A stretch of 64,000 bases of DNA from Deinococcus sp. GTDB taxonomy: Bacteria > Deinococcota > Deinococci > Deinococcales > Deinococcaceae. Positions within the stretch are counted from its first letter, which is position 1. Every line of letters starts with the position of its first letter. The DNA lies in NCBI GenBank assembly GCA_965261005.1, contig OZ253375.1:1056001-1120000 (forward strand). Reading direction: 5' to 3'. Of this stretch, positions 52,569 through 61,865 are shown piece after piece. A program made the translations under genes and the position numbers. The notes below the pieces were generated by a model that was not told the DNA's origin, searched no databases, and worked only from the letters and a program-made list of their open reading frames with translations.

Positions 52569-54995
52569 TTGCTGATCGTTCATTTGTTGGGCCATGCCCA
52601 CGTGACCCTTGACCAACAACCGGTGCCGCTTTCTGCCAAAGCCGTCGCCTTAATCTCTTACCTGGCCGTCGAGAAGCTTCCTCAACATCGGGAGCGGCTG
52701 GCCGATCTGCTTTGGAATACAGCCGAGGCTCGGAAGAATCTACGGGTGGAACTGGCGCGCATTCGCTCCGCAGGCTTGAATATTTTTCCCTCGAGCCGTC
52801 AGTTGTTGTATCTCGAGCACATTACCACCGACTTTGAGCTATGGCAAGCCAGCTTGGAGCGCGACATGAACCAAGCCGAGTTGATGGCTTGCTTGGCGAT
52901 GTTGCGGGGCCTGCCGCTCAGCGGTTTGGAGGACTTGGGCAGCTCGACGTTTCAAGAGTGGGTGGAGCAGCAGCGCTGGATGCTCAGCGAGCAGGTGGAG
53001 CAGCGCCTCAGCGCCGCTTATCGGCGCTTCGCCCAAAAGGGCGAGACGTGGGCGACCCGCATGATCGCCACGCGCGCCCAGGCGTTGGGTTTGGAAGATC
53101 CGGCCGAGCTGAGCGCCGAACTGGGCTTAGAGGACACGGCGACAGATGACGTGTTGCCGAGCGCAGACGTACTTTTGGCGGCGCACTCACCCACGCGACA
53201 TGACTTAAAGGACCGGGGCGCTGGCGGCCCGCTGCACTTCGAGCGCGTCCACGAAGAGACGGCCCTGCAACGGGCCGTCGAGCGGTCAGCCGAGCATCCC
53301 CAAGTGGTGGCGCTGTATGGCGCGCCGGGCAGCGGCAAAAGCCACCTGAGCGCGCACCTGATCAAGTCCAGCCTTTCCCAATCGGGGGACTGGCTTACCA
53401 TTTCGCTTTTGGGCGGACAGTCCGGTCGCCTGCTGCTCGCCTCTGTCGCCCACACGCTCATTCAGCACAGCGAGCCGGCCGTCGCCGAGGTCTTGAGCAA
53501 GCTGCTGCTCGAACCGGCCAGCCTCGACGAGGACATGGTCAAGGTGGCCTCCGCGCTGGCGCGGTTGCGGCGCCCGGTGGCCCTGCTGCTCGACCAAGTC
53601 CAAAACGCGCCCGCCGAACTCGCCCCGCTGCTAGCCTTTTTCTACGACATGCCGCCGCAGGGCGCGCGGCTGTTCGTGCTGATGAGCCGTGAACAGCCGG
53701 CGCAGGTGCCCTTTCTGCGCTCGCTGCTGCGCCGAACCGAGCGCGAGCACTGCTTGTCACTCGAACTTTCGCCGCTTTCGCAGGCCAGCGTGCTGCGCGC
53801 CTTACAACTTCACTTGCCAGGTCAGCCGTCCGATCAGCTCAACGCCTACGCCGGGCGTTTGATGCAGCGGAGTGGCGGCAACGCGCTTCACCTGCGCAGC
53901 TTGATTGAGGAGGGCGGCGGCGAACAAGACGTCAAAAGCGCCGTCTTGCCGCAAGTCGTGCGCGAAGCCCATCAAAGTGAGATAGACGACTGGCCGGCGC
54001 CGCTGTATGAAGGCATGCGCCGCCTGAGCGTGATCAACGGCGTGTTCGATAAGGGTCTGGCGCGCGCCGCCATGGGGGACAGCGTCGCCGACGCGGCGGA
54101 TGGGCTACTCGCCACCGCCCTTGAGCGGGGCATCTTGCTGGAGGCCGAGGTTGAGGGAGCGCTGCGCTTGCCACATTTGACGCCCCTACAAGAGGTGGAG
54201 CGCGGCGAGCCGCATTACCTGTTTCGCAGCGAGAACTTGCGAGTCACGCTTTCCGGACGCTTGCCGCAGCTGATTCGCCAAAATGTGCGCGGTCGCCTGG
54301 TCCACGCCCTGAGCGAAAGCGAGCCGGGCCTCGCGCTTTACTACGCCGAGCGCGCCGGTCTTGGCGCCGAGGCGGAACGGCTGCGGCGGGCGCGCCGCGA
54401 GCGCCTCGGACCAGCCAGCCCGCTGCTGACGGCGCCCAGTTTGCCCGCCCGCCGGGGCGTCGCCCAAGCCGCCGAACCGCCGCGCGCGCTGGCCTTTGAA
54501 CAGCCGCCCGTGTTTCGCCACGGATACTCGGTGGCCCTCGACGACAGCGGCTGGCTGAACATTTTGAGCAGCGGGCGTTACGGCCATCCGCGCACGCTGC
54601 GGCTTCAGCTGGATTTGCCACAAGGCGTGCGCGCCCTGAACGGTGAAGTGCGTTTGGTGTGGCGGCTCGACATCTTTAACAGCGGCCACGAGTTGGGGCC
54701 GACGCTGGTGCCTTTTCCGCTGCGTTTGCGCGCGCTGGGAACGCCGGGGGCGCACGTCTTTATGCCGCACGTCAGCACCGCGTTTACCGAGGAGGACGTG
54801 GAGCACCGCAACAACGCCGACATCGGCGTTGGGTATTGGATGGAGCACCGCTTCAAGCTGTCGGCAGCCGAGCTGGCCGCGCGCACGCTGGAGCTGAGCG
54901 TGCGCGCCGTGGACGTCTCGCTGACCATTGGCCTGCTCAGTTGGGGCGGTTACACGCTCTTGCCGTTGCAAGCCCAAGCTGAGCGCGTTGTCTGA
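52569..54995 (+). CDS. AfsR/SARP-type transcriptional regulator (wHTH-BTAD, P-loop NTPase, unrecognised C-terminal domain)
   Basis: LLG...ALISYLAVE...RERLADLLW...ARKNLRVELARIR, LRGLPLSGL...FQEWVEQQR, Walker A GAPGSGKS, SGGNALHL; TTG start after GGAGG. Confidence 0.85.
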   Translation: MLIVHLLGHAHVTLDQQPVPLSAKAVALISYLAVEKLPQHRERLADLLWNTAEARKNLRVELARIRSAGLNIFPSSRQLLYLEHITTDFELWQASLERDMNQAELMACLAMLRGLPLSGLEDLGSSTFQEWVEQQRWMLSEQVEQRLSAAYRRFAQKGETWATRMIATRAQALGLEDPAELSAELGLEDTATDDVLPSADVLLAAHSPTRHDLKDRGAGGPLHFERVHEETALQRAVERSAEHPQVVALYGAPGSGKSHLSAHLIKSSLSQSGDWLTISLLGGQSGRLLLASVAHTLIQHSEPAVAEVLSKLLLEPASLDEDMVKVASALARLRRPVALLLDQVQNAPAELAPLLAFFYDMPPQGARLFVLMSREQPAQVPFLRSLLRRTEREHCLSLELSPLSQASVLRALQLHLPGQPSDQLNAYAGRLMQRSGGNALHLRSLIEEGGGEQDVKSAVLPQVVREAHQSEIDDWPAPLYEGMRRLSVINGVFDKGLARAAMGDSVADAADGLLATALERGILLEAEVEGALRLPHLTPLQEVERGEPHYLFRSENLRVTLSGRLPQLIRQNVRGRLVHALSESEPGLALYYAERAGLGAEAERLRRARRERLGPASPLLTAPSLPARRGVAQAAEPPRALAFEQPPVFRHGYSVALDDSGWLNILSSGRYGHPRTLRLQLDLPQGVRALNGEVRLVWRLDIFNSGHELGPTLVPFPLRLRALGTPGAHVFMPHVSTAFTEEDVEHRNNADIGVGYWMEHRFKLSAAELAARTLELSVRAVDVSLTIGLLSWGGYTLLPLQAQAERVV

Positions 54996-55043
54996 GCGGT
55001 ACGCCCCCCTAGGGCCGCGCGCCGTTCCCGGGCAAATCCAAGC

Positions 55044-55076
55044 TTTACGCTATCGTAACGCCTGAACATTGATACT
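55044..55076 (+). promoter_or_regulatory. Island promoter motif, site 7 (wzc)
   Basis: TTTACGC-tatc-GTAACGC-N9-GATACT; extra GTTACGC at 55080. Confidence 0.75.
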
Positions 55077-55417
55077 GAGGTTACGCCTGGTAGCTCGCTT
55101 TCCGCCGGGTCGTTCGCTACGGAAAGGTGGCTTCGCGTGTCCATTCTTGTCAATCTTTTGTTCCGGCGCGCCGAAAAGGGTCAATCCGTGGCACATGGTG
55201 TGGACGAGCGCAGGTCAGCTCAGCGTGTTGTACTTTCGTACAAGGTTTTACCAGGATTTCGCTTGACCCTGCAACATTGGAAAGGGCGCCCGGCGGCACC
55301 ACGTTCCGCGCACATCCTTTGTTTCTTCGCGCCGCCGAGCAGCGCCACCACCCTGTTACGGAATTTCTCGAACGCCTTACCATTCTCCAGCAACAGCCTC
55401 CATTGAAAGGACATGTG

Positions 55418-57004
55418 ATGCAATCAAGTCCACCCTACCGAAGTGAAGAGGTCAACTTTCCAAGGCTGTTCACGACCCTCAAGCGAAGCGCGTTGCCCAT
55501 TTTTGGGGCGAGCCTGTTGGCGGCGGGCGGCGCTTACCTGCTGTCCGAGCGCCAAACGCCTGTTTACGAAGCAGTCAGCAGCGTGATCGCCGTGAACGGC
55601 AACGGCGGCAACAGCGTGCTGAACAGCACGCTGTTCACGGCGCCGACCTTACCGCCCGGCGCCGTCGAGCAAGCGCTGCACAGCAGCGGTGTGGTGGAAG
55701 ACATCATCCAAAAGTTGAGCGCTTCCAAGCTGCCGCAGGCCAACGTCAGCAACTTGCAGCGCAGACTGCGCGACGAACTCGCCCAAAACAAGTTCACCGC
55801 CATTCAGGTTCAGGCTGAGACCGACGCACAACAAACCGGCATCTACGAAATTTCGGGGCGCGCCAGCACGCCCATGGCGGCGAGTACGCTCGCCAACGCG
55901 AGCGTGGCGGCGCTGTTGCAGTGGGACCAGATTCGAGCACAAGCGCCCCTCGTCAAAGCGCGCAATAGCTTACAGCAGCAGTTGAGCGTGGTCAACGGCC
56001 AGCTCTCGGGTGGCGGTACGAACCTGAGCGCCTCGGAGCGTCAAGTCTTGATCGCAAAGCGCGCGCGGTTACAGCAAACCCAAGCGCAGTTCGACGGAAT
56101 AAGTCAAGTCGCCGCCGGAACGCTCAGCGTCGTCGGCGAGGCGGTGGAGCCGAGCCAAGCGCTGGCCCCCAGACCACTACGAACGGCGGTCGTGGCCGGC
56201 ATTGTGGCGCTGCTGGCGGCCGTGGGCGGCGTCTTGTTGTTGGACGCGCTTCAGCGCCGCATTCATGGCGAGCAGGACTTGGCCTCGTTAGGCGTGCCGT
56301 TGCTGAGCCGCGTTCCCAGGCTGCGATCGCGCGAGCTGGGCCGTGGCTGGATTTCGGCGGCTTCCGGCGGCGCCTTGTACGAAAGCGCCGGGTTTCTCAG
56401 CTTGAACGTGTTGTCCCAGCTTCCCGTCAGCGACTCGCCGCGCCATGTGGTCGTTTCCAGTCCGCGCCGCAGCGAGGGCAAAAGCAGCGTCACCATGGTT
56501 TTGGCGGCGGGCTTGTCTGCGGGCGGACACCGGGTCTTGGTCGTGGACGCCGATTCGCATGGCGCCATGCAAAACCGTTTGTGGGGCAGCTCAGCGCCCA
56601 AAGTCACGCGCGAAGGCATGGGTGACGTGCAGGTCAAGGCCGCTGGAGACCGGGTGGATGTGGTGCCCGCGAGCGCGGGCGGCAGCGGCGTGGCGCAGCC
56701 GGCCAGTTCGTTCAAAAATTGGGATGCCGCGTACGACGTGATTCTGATTGACACGCCGCCGCTGCTCACCTCGGCGGACGCGGTCGCACTGGCCGCACAG
56801 TCCGACGGCATCGTGCTGGTCATCGAGGCGGGCGTCTCCAGCGCCGCCGACGTCGAGAGCGCCTTAGCGACGGCCCAAACCGCCGGCGTGCGCGTGATCG
56901 GCACGGTGCTCAACAAGGCCGGTCGCCCAGAGGAAACCTCCTACGATCAAAACCAACCCACCCCGGCGAAAGACCTCACTACACGGGAGACCGTCACGCG
57001 CTAA
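55418..57004 (+). CDS. wzc: Polysaccharide co-polymerase / BY-kinase fusion (Wzc-like)
   Basis: TM-PVYEA, coiled coil, P..P.P-TM, SSPRRSEGKS, VLVVDAD, ILIDTPP, GTVLN; ATG 55418. Confidence 0.85.
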   Translation: MQSSPPYRSEEVNFPRLFTTLKRSALPIFGASLLAAGGAYLLSERQTPVYEAVSSVIAVNGNGGNSVLNSTLFTAPTLPPGAVEQALHSSGVVEDIIQKLSASKLPQANVSNLQRRLRDELAQNKFTAIQVQAETDAQQTGIYEISGRASTPMAASTLANASVAALLQWDQIRAQAPLVKARNSLQQQLSVVNGQLSGGGTNLSASERQVLIAKRARLQQTQAQFDGISQVAAGTLSVVGEAVEPSQALAPRPLRTAVVAGIVALLAAVGGVLLLDALQRRIHGEQDLASLGVPLLSRVPRLRSRELGRGWISAASGGALYESAGFLSLNVLSQLPVSDSPRHVVVSSPRRSEGKSSVTMVLAAGLSAGGHRVLVVDADSHGAMQNRLWGSSAPKVTREGMGDVQVKAAGDRVDVVPASAGGSGVAQPASSFKNWDAAYDVILIDTPPLLTSADAVALAAQSDGIVLVIEAGVSSAADVESALATAQTAGVRVIGTVLNKAGRPEETSYDQNQPTPAKDLTTRETVTR

Positions 57005-57015
57005 ACCAGTCAATC

Positions 57016-57054
57016 GAGGGAAGCCGCCCACTACATGACTGGGCGGCTTCCCTC
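57016..57054 (+). terminator. Terminator hairpin after wzc
   Basis: 15-bp stem GAGGGAAGCCGCCCA / TGGGCGGCTTCCCTC. Confidence 0.75.
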
Positions 57055-57134
57055 TTCCCTTGGAGAATCAGCGACTTCAGCAAAAGACGGGCCAACAACC
57101 CAGCCAGCTGCCACCGGCCACGTCATGTAAAAGG

Positions 57135-57808
57135 GTATGTGATGAGCGGGTGTTCTGCTGTTGGCGATGGTTGAGCAAGCACGCCGGCTTGCCATGCACC
57201 CGCCAGCCGGTGTCGTCCTGATGCACGTAGGGGTGTCGTTGAACATCGTCACGCAAGCGCTGGTATTGGGTGTGCAAGCTGCTTCCGGCCGTGCTCTGTC
57301 TCAGCGCGTCTTGCGTCAGCGCGCTCTGCGTCACCGACAGGCCCGTGGCGAGACGGAGCACCTCGGGCACCTTGCGCACCGGCACGCTGAGGTCATAGTG
57401 CAAGCTATGCGCCAGGCTGAGCACCTCAGGACCGAGCCGGTGGGCGGTCGCGCCGCGCTGATCTGTGCGGCGATTGGGATGAGACGCGCGCACCCGGCGA
57501 CCACAGCGCCGACATTGCCCCACCGCCAGGTGATAGGCCGTCACGTTAGGACGCCGTTCGGCAAGTCGGTCAAGCTGGCGAGGTCGCTGGGCTGCGCCTC
57601 CAACGCGCCCCCACATGGACAGGTCGCGGGCAGCGGCACCTCGATCACGTGCGTGATGTCGCCTGATTCTAGGCTTCCAGGCGCTCAATCCGCGCACTCA
57701 GGGTTCGCATCAGGTCGAGAAGCTCTGTAACGCTGGGTGTCACCTCGCCGCTCATGCCCACTACCTTACCCGTCCATCCCGCCTCGCGCTACCTCGCTAA
57801 TCAGATAC
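57135..57808 (-). mobile_element. Internally deleted IS66-family element retaining both ends
   Basis: Ends GTATGTGATGAGCG (57135) and CGCTAATCAGATAC (57808); remnant MSGEVTPSVTELL...LEA*, two large deletions and a frameshift relative to 61866-63342. Confidence 0.88.
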
Positions 57809-57809
57809 G

Positions 57810-57841
57810 AACATAGGACCCAGGCGCCTAGGTCCTATGTT
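57810..57841 (-). terminator. Terminator hairpin downstream of the 57862-59790 gene
   Basis: AACATAGGACC-N10-GGTCCTATGTT. Confidence 0.65.
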
Positions 57842-57861
57842 ATGTTGTCTGCTCAGCTCAT

Positions 57862-59790
57862 TCAGTTAGGCTTGATGAGGGTGATAGTGCCGTTTACAAT
57901 TTTGCTGTCGCCTTGCACATCGCTGTTGTATTTGACGTCCCTAAGCTGTGTGACATATATATTTCCATTCGAGCGGTCCTCAATAAGGTTGAGAGGAGCA
58001 GGATTGAAATTACCGAAACCGGCAATGTTCTGCTGCAAGACTCCGTTGATGCTACCGCCAGGACCGCTGGGATTGAGAGCAACGATGTCTTTGCCTGCGC
58101 TGAAGCGAATTACCAGCAGATGATGATTGAGGGCTGAGCCGCCACGAGTATACTCGATGACACCATTGGCTGATGTGTGTTCGGGAAACACATAGGCGGG
58201 CAAGCGGTAATTGGGATCAGGTTGAACGCCTACCGCGTAGTTTTGTATACCATAGCCACTCTGGTCATTTCTCGGCACGGTTACCTCAACGGGGTCCACA
58301 CCGTCAGTAGGGTTACCGCCGTCCAAAGTGTACTCACAACGCGATGGATTAGGATGACCATAATATCTTCCTTTGTCAACGCGAAACAAGAAGTCCGGCT
58401 CTACCCAGTTTATGTTATTCAGTGCAGGTGCGCTTGGTAAGCTGAAATTGGGGCTGTAATCGGGACGGTTGGCACATGCGGCCGGCAAGTTGCTTGGCGT
58501 AGCAGGTGCGTTGCCACTTGTAGCCGAACCATTGGTCGGCGCATACAACTGGCCGTTGCTATGCCACACCATCGAGTAGGCATTGCGAATGCCAGTGGCG
58601 TATAGCGTGAGCGGCGCTCCAGGTGCATACGGGTTGTAGTAGGACGGAAGGACCTTGTTTTGTTGACCAGCTTCCGTCTGAACATTCAGCGGCCAGGACG
58701 ACGGACTGAGCTTGTTCAAATCCAGGCGCAGCAGTGCAGCAGTTAACAAATATTCGGGACGGTTTCCCCAGACATCGTCAGGCGCACCAGAGGAATTACT
58801 GGCGCCTTGTAAGATATAGAGAACATTCGGCTCTTTCAGGTTGCTCTTGCTCGAATCATTGGGGTCAATAGGATTGTTGAAGGAGACGTTGTTGGTCAAA
58901 TGGTCCTTGACCGAGCGCGGCAAGCCGATAACAACGTCCTGCACAGTTTCAAGATTGGGTCCGCTTAAACGGGTAATCTTACCTGACCAGTCCGGCGCAT
59001 CCTTGGTGAAATCGTAGAAGTAATTGTTGCTGATCCACAAAATTAGGTTATTGGCAGTGGAAGCCGGGTCGAACTTCAACCCAATGATAGTGCGCGGTCC
59101 TCCCTCTTTACTTTGCAACGACGTGATGGTCTGAGGCGTGCCCAATGTGCCGTTGCCATTGATAGCGAAACGCAGAATTTTCCCCATGAGTGTTGCAGCG
59201 TACAGCTTGCCATCCGGGCCAATTTCGACGGCTGTATAGTAGTCGTCTGGCACGTTGGTCAGCTGAATTTGAGAAAATGTACTCGGACTCGGAGGCGCTT
59301 GAACCGCCGGGGCGCCAGTAGTAAATTGCAAGCTGAACGGTTGAAAGCCCACGCCGTTGACATCTGTAAGCGCGTTGGTGACTTTAAAAATATACTTTGT
59401 ATTGGACTTGAGTGATGTCACGGGATTGACGATAATTGCGTCTCCAGCACCCGTGGTATTTGGTTGAATGGTTACAGTGTTGTTGGTGGTCGCCTCAATG
59501 AGTTGCACACCAGCAGTCACCGTCCTGGAGTCAATGCCGTTGCCGCTATTTTGAGCATTAAGCAACTGAACTTCAGCCGTAATCGCTTTGATGTTGGTCG
59601 CGACGTTTAGCTGGCCGTCACTTATCCTGGTGGATGTTACGCCGTCGTTGACTGAAACGGAGGTAACGTGCGGTGCGCTCTCAGAAGATGCAGGAGTTGG
59701 AGTACTGCCGCAGGCGGCAAGCCCTGCGGCGAGCATACCACCCAATAACAAGCGGTAAGTGGAGTGAACGCGAACACGACGTTGGGTCAT
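57862..59790 (-). CDS. Lipoprotein with SbsA-type Ig-like domain and glucose/sorbosone dehydrogenase-like beta-propeller
   Basis: Lipobox LAAC; P...LKSNTKY...VTNALTDVNG...F.T; IGPDGKLYAA, GLPRS.KDH, YATGIRNAY...WHSNG.LY, YYGHPNP; lower GC than flanks. Confidence 0.78.
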   Translation of the reverse strand: MTQRRVRVHSTYRLLLGGMLAAGLAACGSTPTPASSESAPHVTSVSVNDGVTSTRISDGQLNVATNIKAITAEVQLLNAQNSGNGIDSRTVTAGVQLIEATTNNTVTIQPNTTGAGDAIIVNPVTSLKSNTKYIFKVTNALTDVNGVGFQPFSLQFTTGAPAVQAPPSPSTFSQIQLTNVPDDYYTAVEIGPDGKLYAATLMGKILRFAINGNGTLGTPQTITSLQSKEGGPRTIIGLKFDPASTANNLILWISNNYFYDFTKDAPDWSGKITRLSGPNLETVQDVVIGLPRSVKDHLTNNVSFNNPIDPNDSSKSNLKEPNVLYILQGASNSSGAPDDVWGNRPEYLLTAALLRLDLNKLSPSSWPLNVQTEAGQQNKVLPSYYNPYAPGAPLTLYATGIRNAYSMVWHSNGQLYAPTNGSATSGNAPATPSNLPAACANRPDYSPNFSLPSAPALNNINWVEPDFLFRVDKGRYYGHPNPSRCEYTLDGGNPTDGVDPVEVTVPRNDQSGYGIQNYAVGVQPDPNYRLPAYVFPEHTSANGVIEYTRGGSALNHHLLVIRFSAGKDIVALNPSGPGGSINGVLQQNIAGFGNFNPAPLNLIEDRSNGNIYVTQLRDVKYNSDVQGDSKIVNGTITLIKPN

Positions 59791-59840
59791 CAGGTCTTTT
59801 GGTCCTTTCGGGAAGCAAATTCGCTCGAACTGCAGCCGGC

Positions 59841-59873
59841 ATTATCCCGTACAAAGCGCTAACGCTTCGTTGC
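59841..59873 (-). promoter_or_regulatory. Island promoter motif, site 8 (propeller lipoprotein)
   Basis: GCAACGA-agcg-TTAGCGC-N9-GATAAT on the minus strand. Confidence 0.68.
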
Positions 59874-59928
59874 CGAAGAAACGAAAGCCGCAGGCCAACT
59901 GACCTACAGCTTACAAAGAAGTCGACCG

Positions 59929-61371
59929 CTAATATGCACCAGAACCCAGTAGCACCACCCTCACCGTGCGAAAGAGAATTACCAAGTCGAGCCACATGGA
60001 CCAGTTGCGAACGTAGTACGGGTCCCAACGTTCCATGCCGGCGTTGCCCGCCTCAGAGCGCCCAGAAACCTGCCACAGACCGGTCATGCCCGGACGCACC
60101 CGTTCACGCAGCCGCTGTACTTGTTCGGACAGCTGCTGATAGTGGTAGGCCGGCAACGGGCGCGGGCCAACCAGGGACATATCCCCCAGCAACACGTTGA
60201 TCAGCTGCGGCAACTCGTCGAAGCTGGTTTTGCGCAGAAAGGTGCCGACACGCGTGATACGCGGATCGCGGCGCAGCTTGTAGTTGGCTTCCCACTCCGC
60301 GCGCAGTTCCGGGTTGGTTTGCAGGGTACGGCGCAGCACCTCCTCGGCGTTGGGCAGCATGGTGCGAAATTTCCAGGTGTTGAACAGCGAGCCGTTCAGG
60401 CCCACACGCTTCTGCAAGAACACCGGGTTCGCGCGGTCCTCCAGCCAAATGGCGAGGGCGACGATCAGGCAGACCGGCAGCCACACCGGCGCCGTGAGCA
60501 GCACAGCAATCACGTCAAAAGCCCGCTTGACCGCGCGCGCGACTGGATTGAGCAGGTTGCGCGTGACCTTGAGACCCAGCACGCCATTGAAGTCCGACGC
60601 TTGCACCCACAGTGACTCCATGTCAAACAAATCAGGGATGATCACGACGTTGCGGTACACCGACAGCGGCCCTTCCAACAACTCGACGGTGCGCGCCCGC
60701 CCGATGCCCGGCATGGCCAAAATTGCTACCGCCGCTTGCCGCGTGACGCCCGACGCCGGACCCAGCACCGGAACGCCATGAATGCTAGCGCCTTGCAAAG
60801 CGGGATCGTCATCGAAAACGCCCATGGGCACGTAACCGAAGTCCGGCTGATCGCGCAACGCTGAAATCAGCAGCGCGCCGGTGGAGGCCCCGCCGTAAAT
60901 CACGGTTGGTAGCCCCCACACACGGGCACGCATCAGCAGGTGTCTGATCACGGCGCGCGCCAGAATTAGCAGCGGCCAAGCGAAAACAAGACCCAGCACC
61001 AAGGCCGTGTGCTGCACCGTGTCAGCTTGGTGCAGCAACAGCAGCAGCGTTGCGGTGCTGGCAAAAGCGATCAGGGCCAGCTCGGTCAGGCGCTTGAGTT
61101 CGGTGGGTGCGCCCAGTCCCCAGCCGGGCAGTAAGCGCCGCATAAAGGCGCCGAGCAGCCAAACCCCTATGAGAAACCACGCCCAACTGGGCGGCGGCGT
61201 GATGCCCGGCGCCGGATCGCGCCAACTCACCGCCGCAACCAGCGCAAGCAAGATGGCCAACACGTCGCCCAGCGCCAGCGCCATCACGTTGATAAGCTGT
61301 CGTGCCTGCATCATCGTCGTACCGCCGCGCATCAAGCTATTTGTGGTCAAGCGTTCGCCCAATAATTGCAT
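59929..61371 (-). CDS. wbaP: Undecaprenyl-phosphate sugar phosphotransferase (priming glycosyltransferase, WbaP-like)
   Basis: [73 protein letters not shown]. Confidence 0.9.
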   Translation of the reverse strand: MQLLGERLTTNSLMRGGTTMMQARQLINVMALALGDVLAILLALVAAVSWRDPAPGITPPPSWAWFLIGVWLLGAFMRRLLPGWGLGAPTELKRLTELALIAFASTATLLLLLHQADTVQHTALVLGLVFAWPLLILARAVIRHLLMRARVWGLPTVIYGGASTGALLISALRDQPDFGYVPMGVFDDDPALQGASIHGVPVLGPASGVTRQAAVAILAMPGIGRARTVELLEGPLSVYRNVVIIPDLFDMESLWVQASDFNGVLGLKVTRNLLNPVARAVKRAFDVIAVLLTAPVWLPVCLIVALAIWLEDRANPVFLQKRVGLNGSLFNTWKFRTMLPNAEEVLRRTLQTNPELRAEWEANYKLRRDPRITRVGTFLRKTSFDELPQLINVLLGDMSLVGPRPLPAYHYQQLSEQVQRLRERVRPGMTGLWQVSGRSEAGNAGMERWDPYYVRNWSMWLDLVILFRTVRVVLLGSGAY

Positions 61372-61494
61372 TATGTCACCTTCGTTTGGAGTTATTGCGG
61401 CGCAGCTTGTGAACCGTGGGAAGCGAAGTCTTCAGCTTGGCGGCCCCAGCAACATCGTAAACTTCGTCAATCCCTCTTGCCGATTGACACGCCT

Positions 61495-61527
61495 ATGGTG
61501 ACCGATACCTCGTTAAATGAACGTAAA
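61495..61527 (-). promoter_or_regulatory. Island promoter motif, site 9 (wbaP)
   Basis: TTTACGT-tcat-TTAACGA-N9-CACCAT on the minus strand. Confidence 0.72.
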
Positions 61528-61865
61528 ATGCGTCTGAAAAGTGAGCTGATCCCATCCTCACCGTCGTGCGCCTATGCCTGCTTCTGGCCGCTGCGCCTTT
61601 GGACGCGAGCTTGCACAGCGGCTCGGCCGACCGAAGGATGAGCGCTGTTTTAGCGGCTACTTCAGGATCCCTTGACTGCGGCACGAGGGAGATCACCCCA
61701 CTTGGCAACTCGGACAGACGCGAGGAGGGGCGACGGCCGCTCGCCGTCTCGTCCCGCAATTTTTTACATGGGAAGTACTTGGAAAATAATCAAAATAGGG
61801 CGGAAGGCTATTCTAGAACCCCTGACTACTCCTCAAAACGCAGAGCGAGTCGAGCGAGATATTTC

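Noticed and set aside
52569..54995. STAND NTPase as an Avs-like antiviral protein
   Set aside because: N-terminus is a SARP-type DNA-binding/BTAD region with no nuclease or other effector domain; context is regulatory.
55086..55125. TGGTAGCT resembling a JUMPstart/ops element in the wzc leader
   Set aside because: The GGCGGTAG core is absent; the match is too short.
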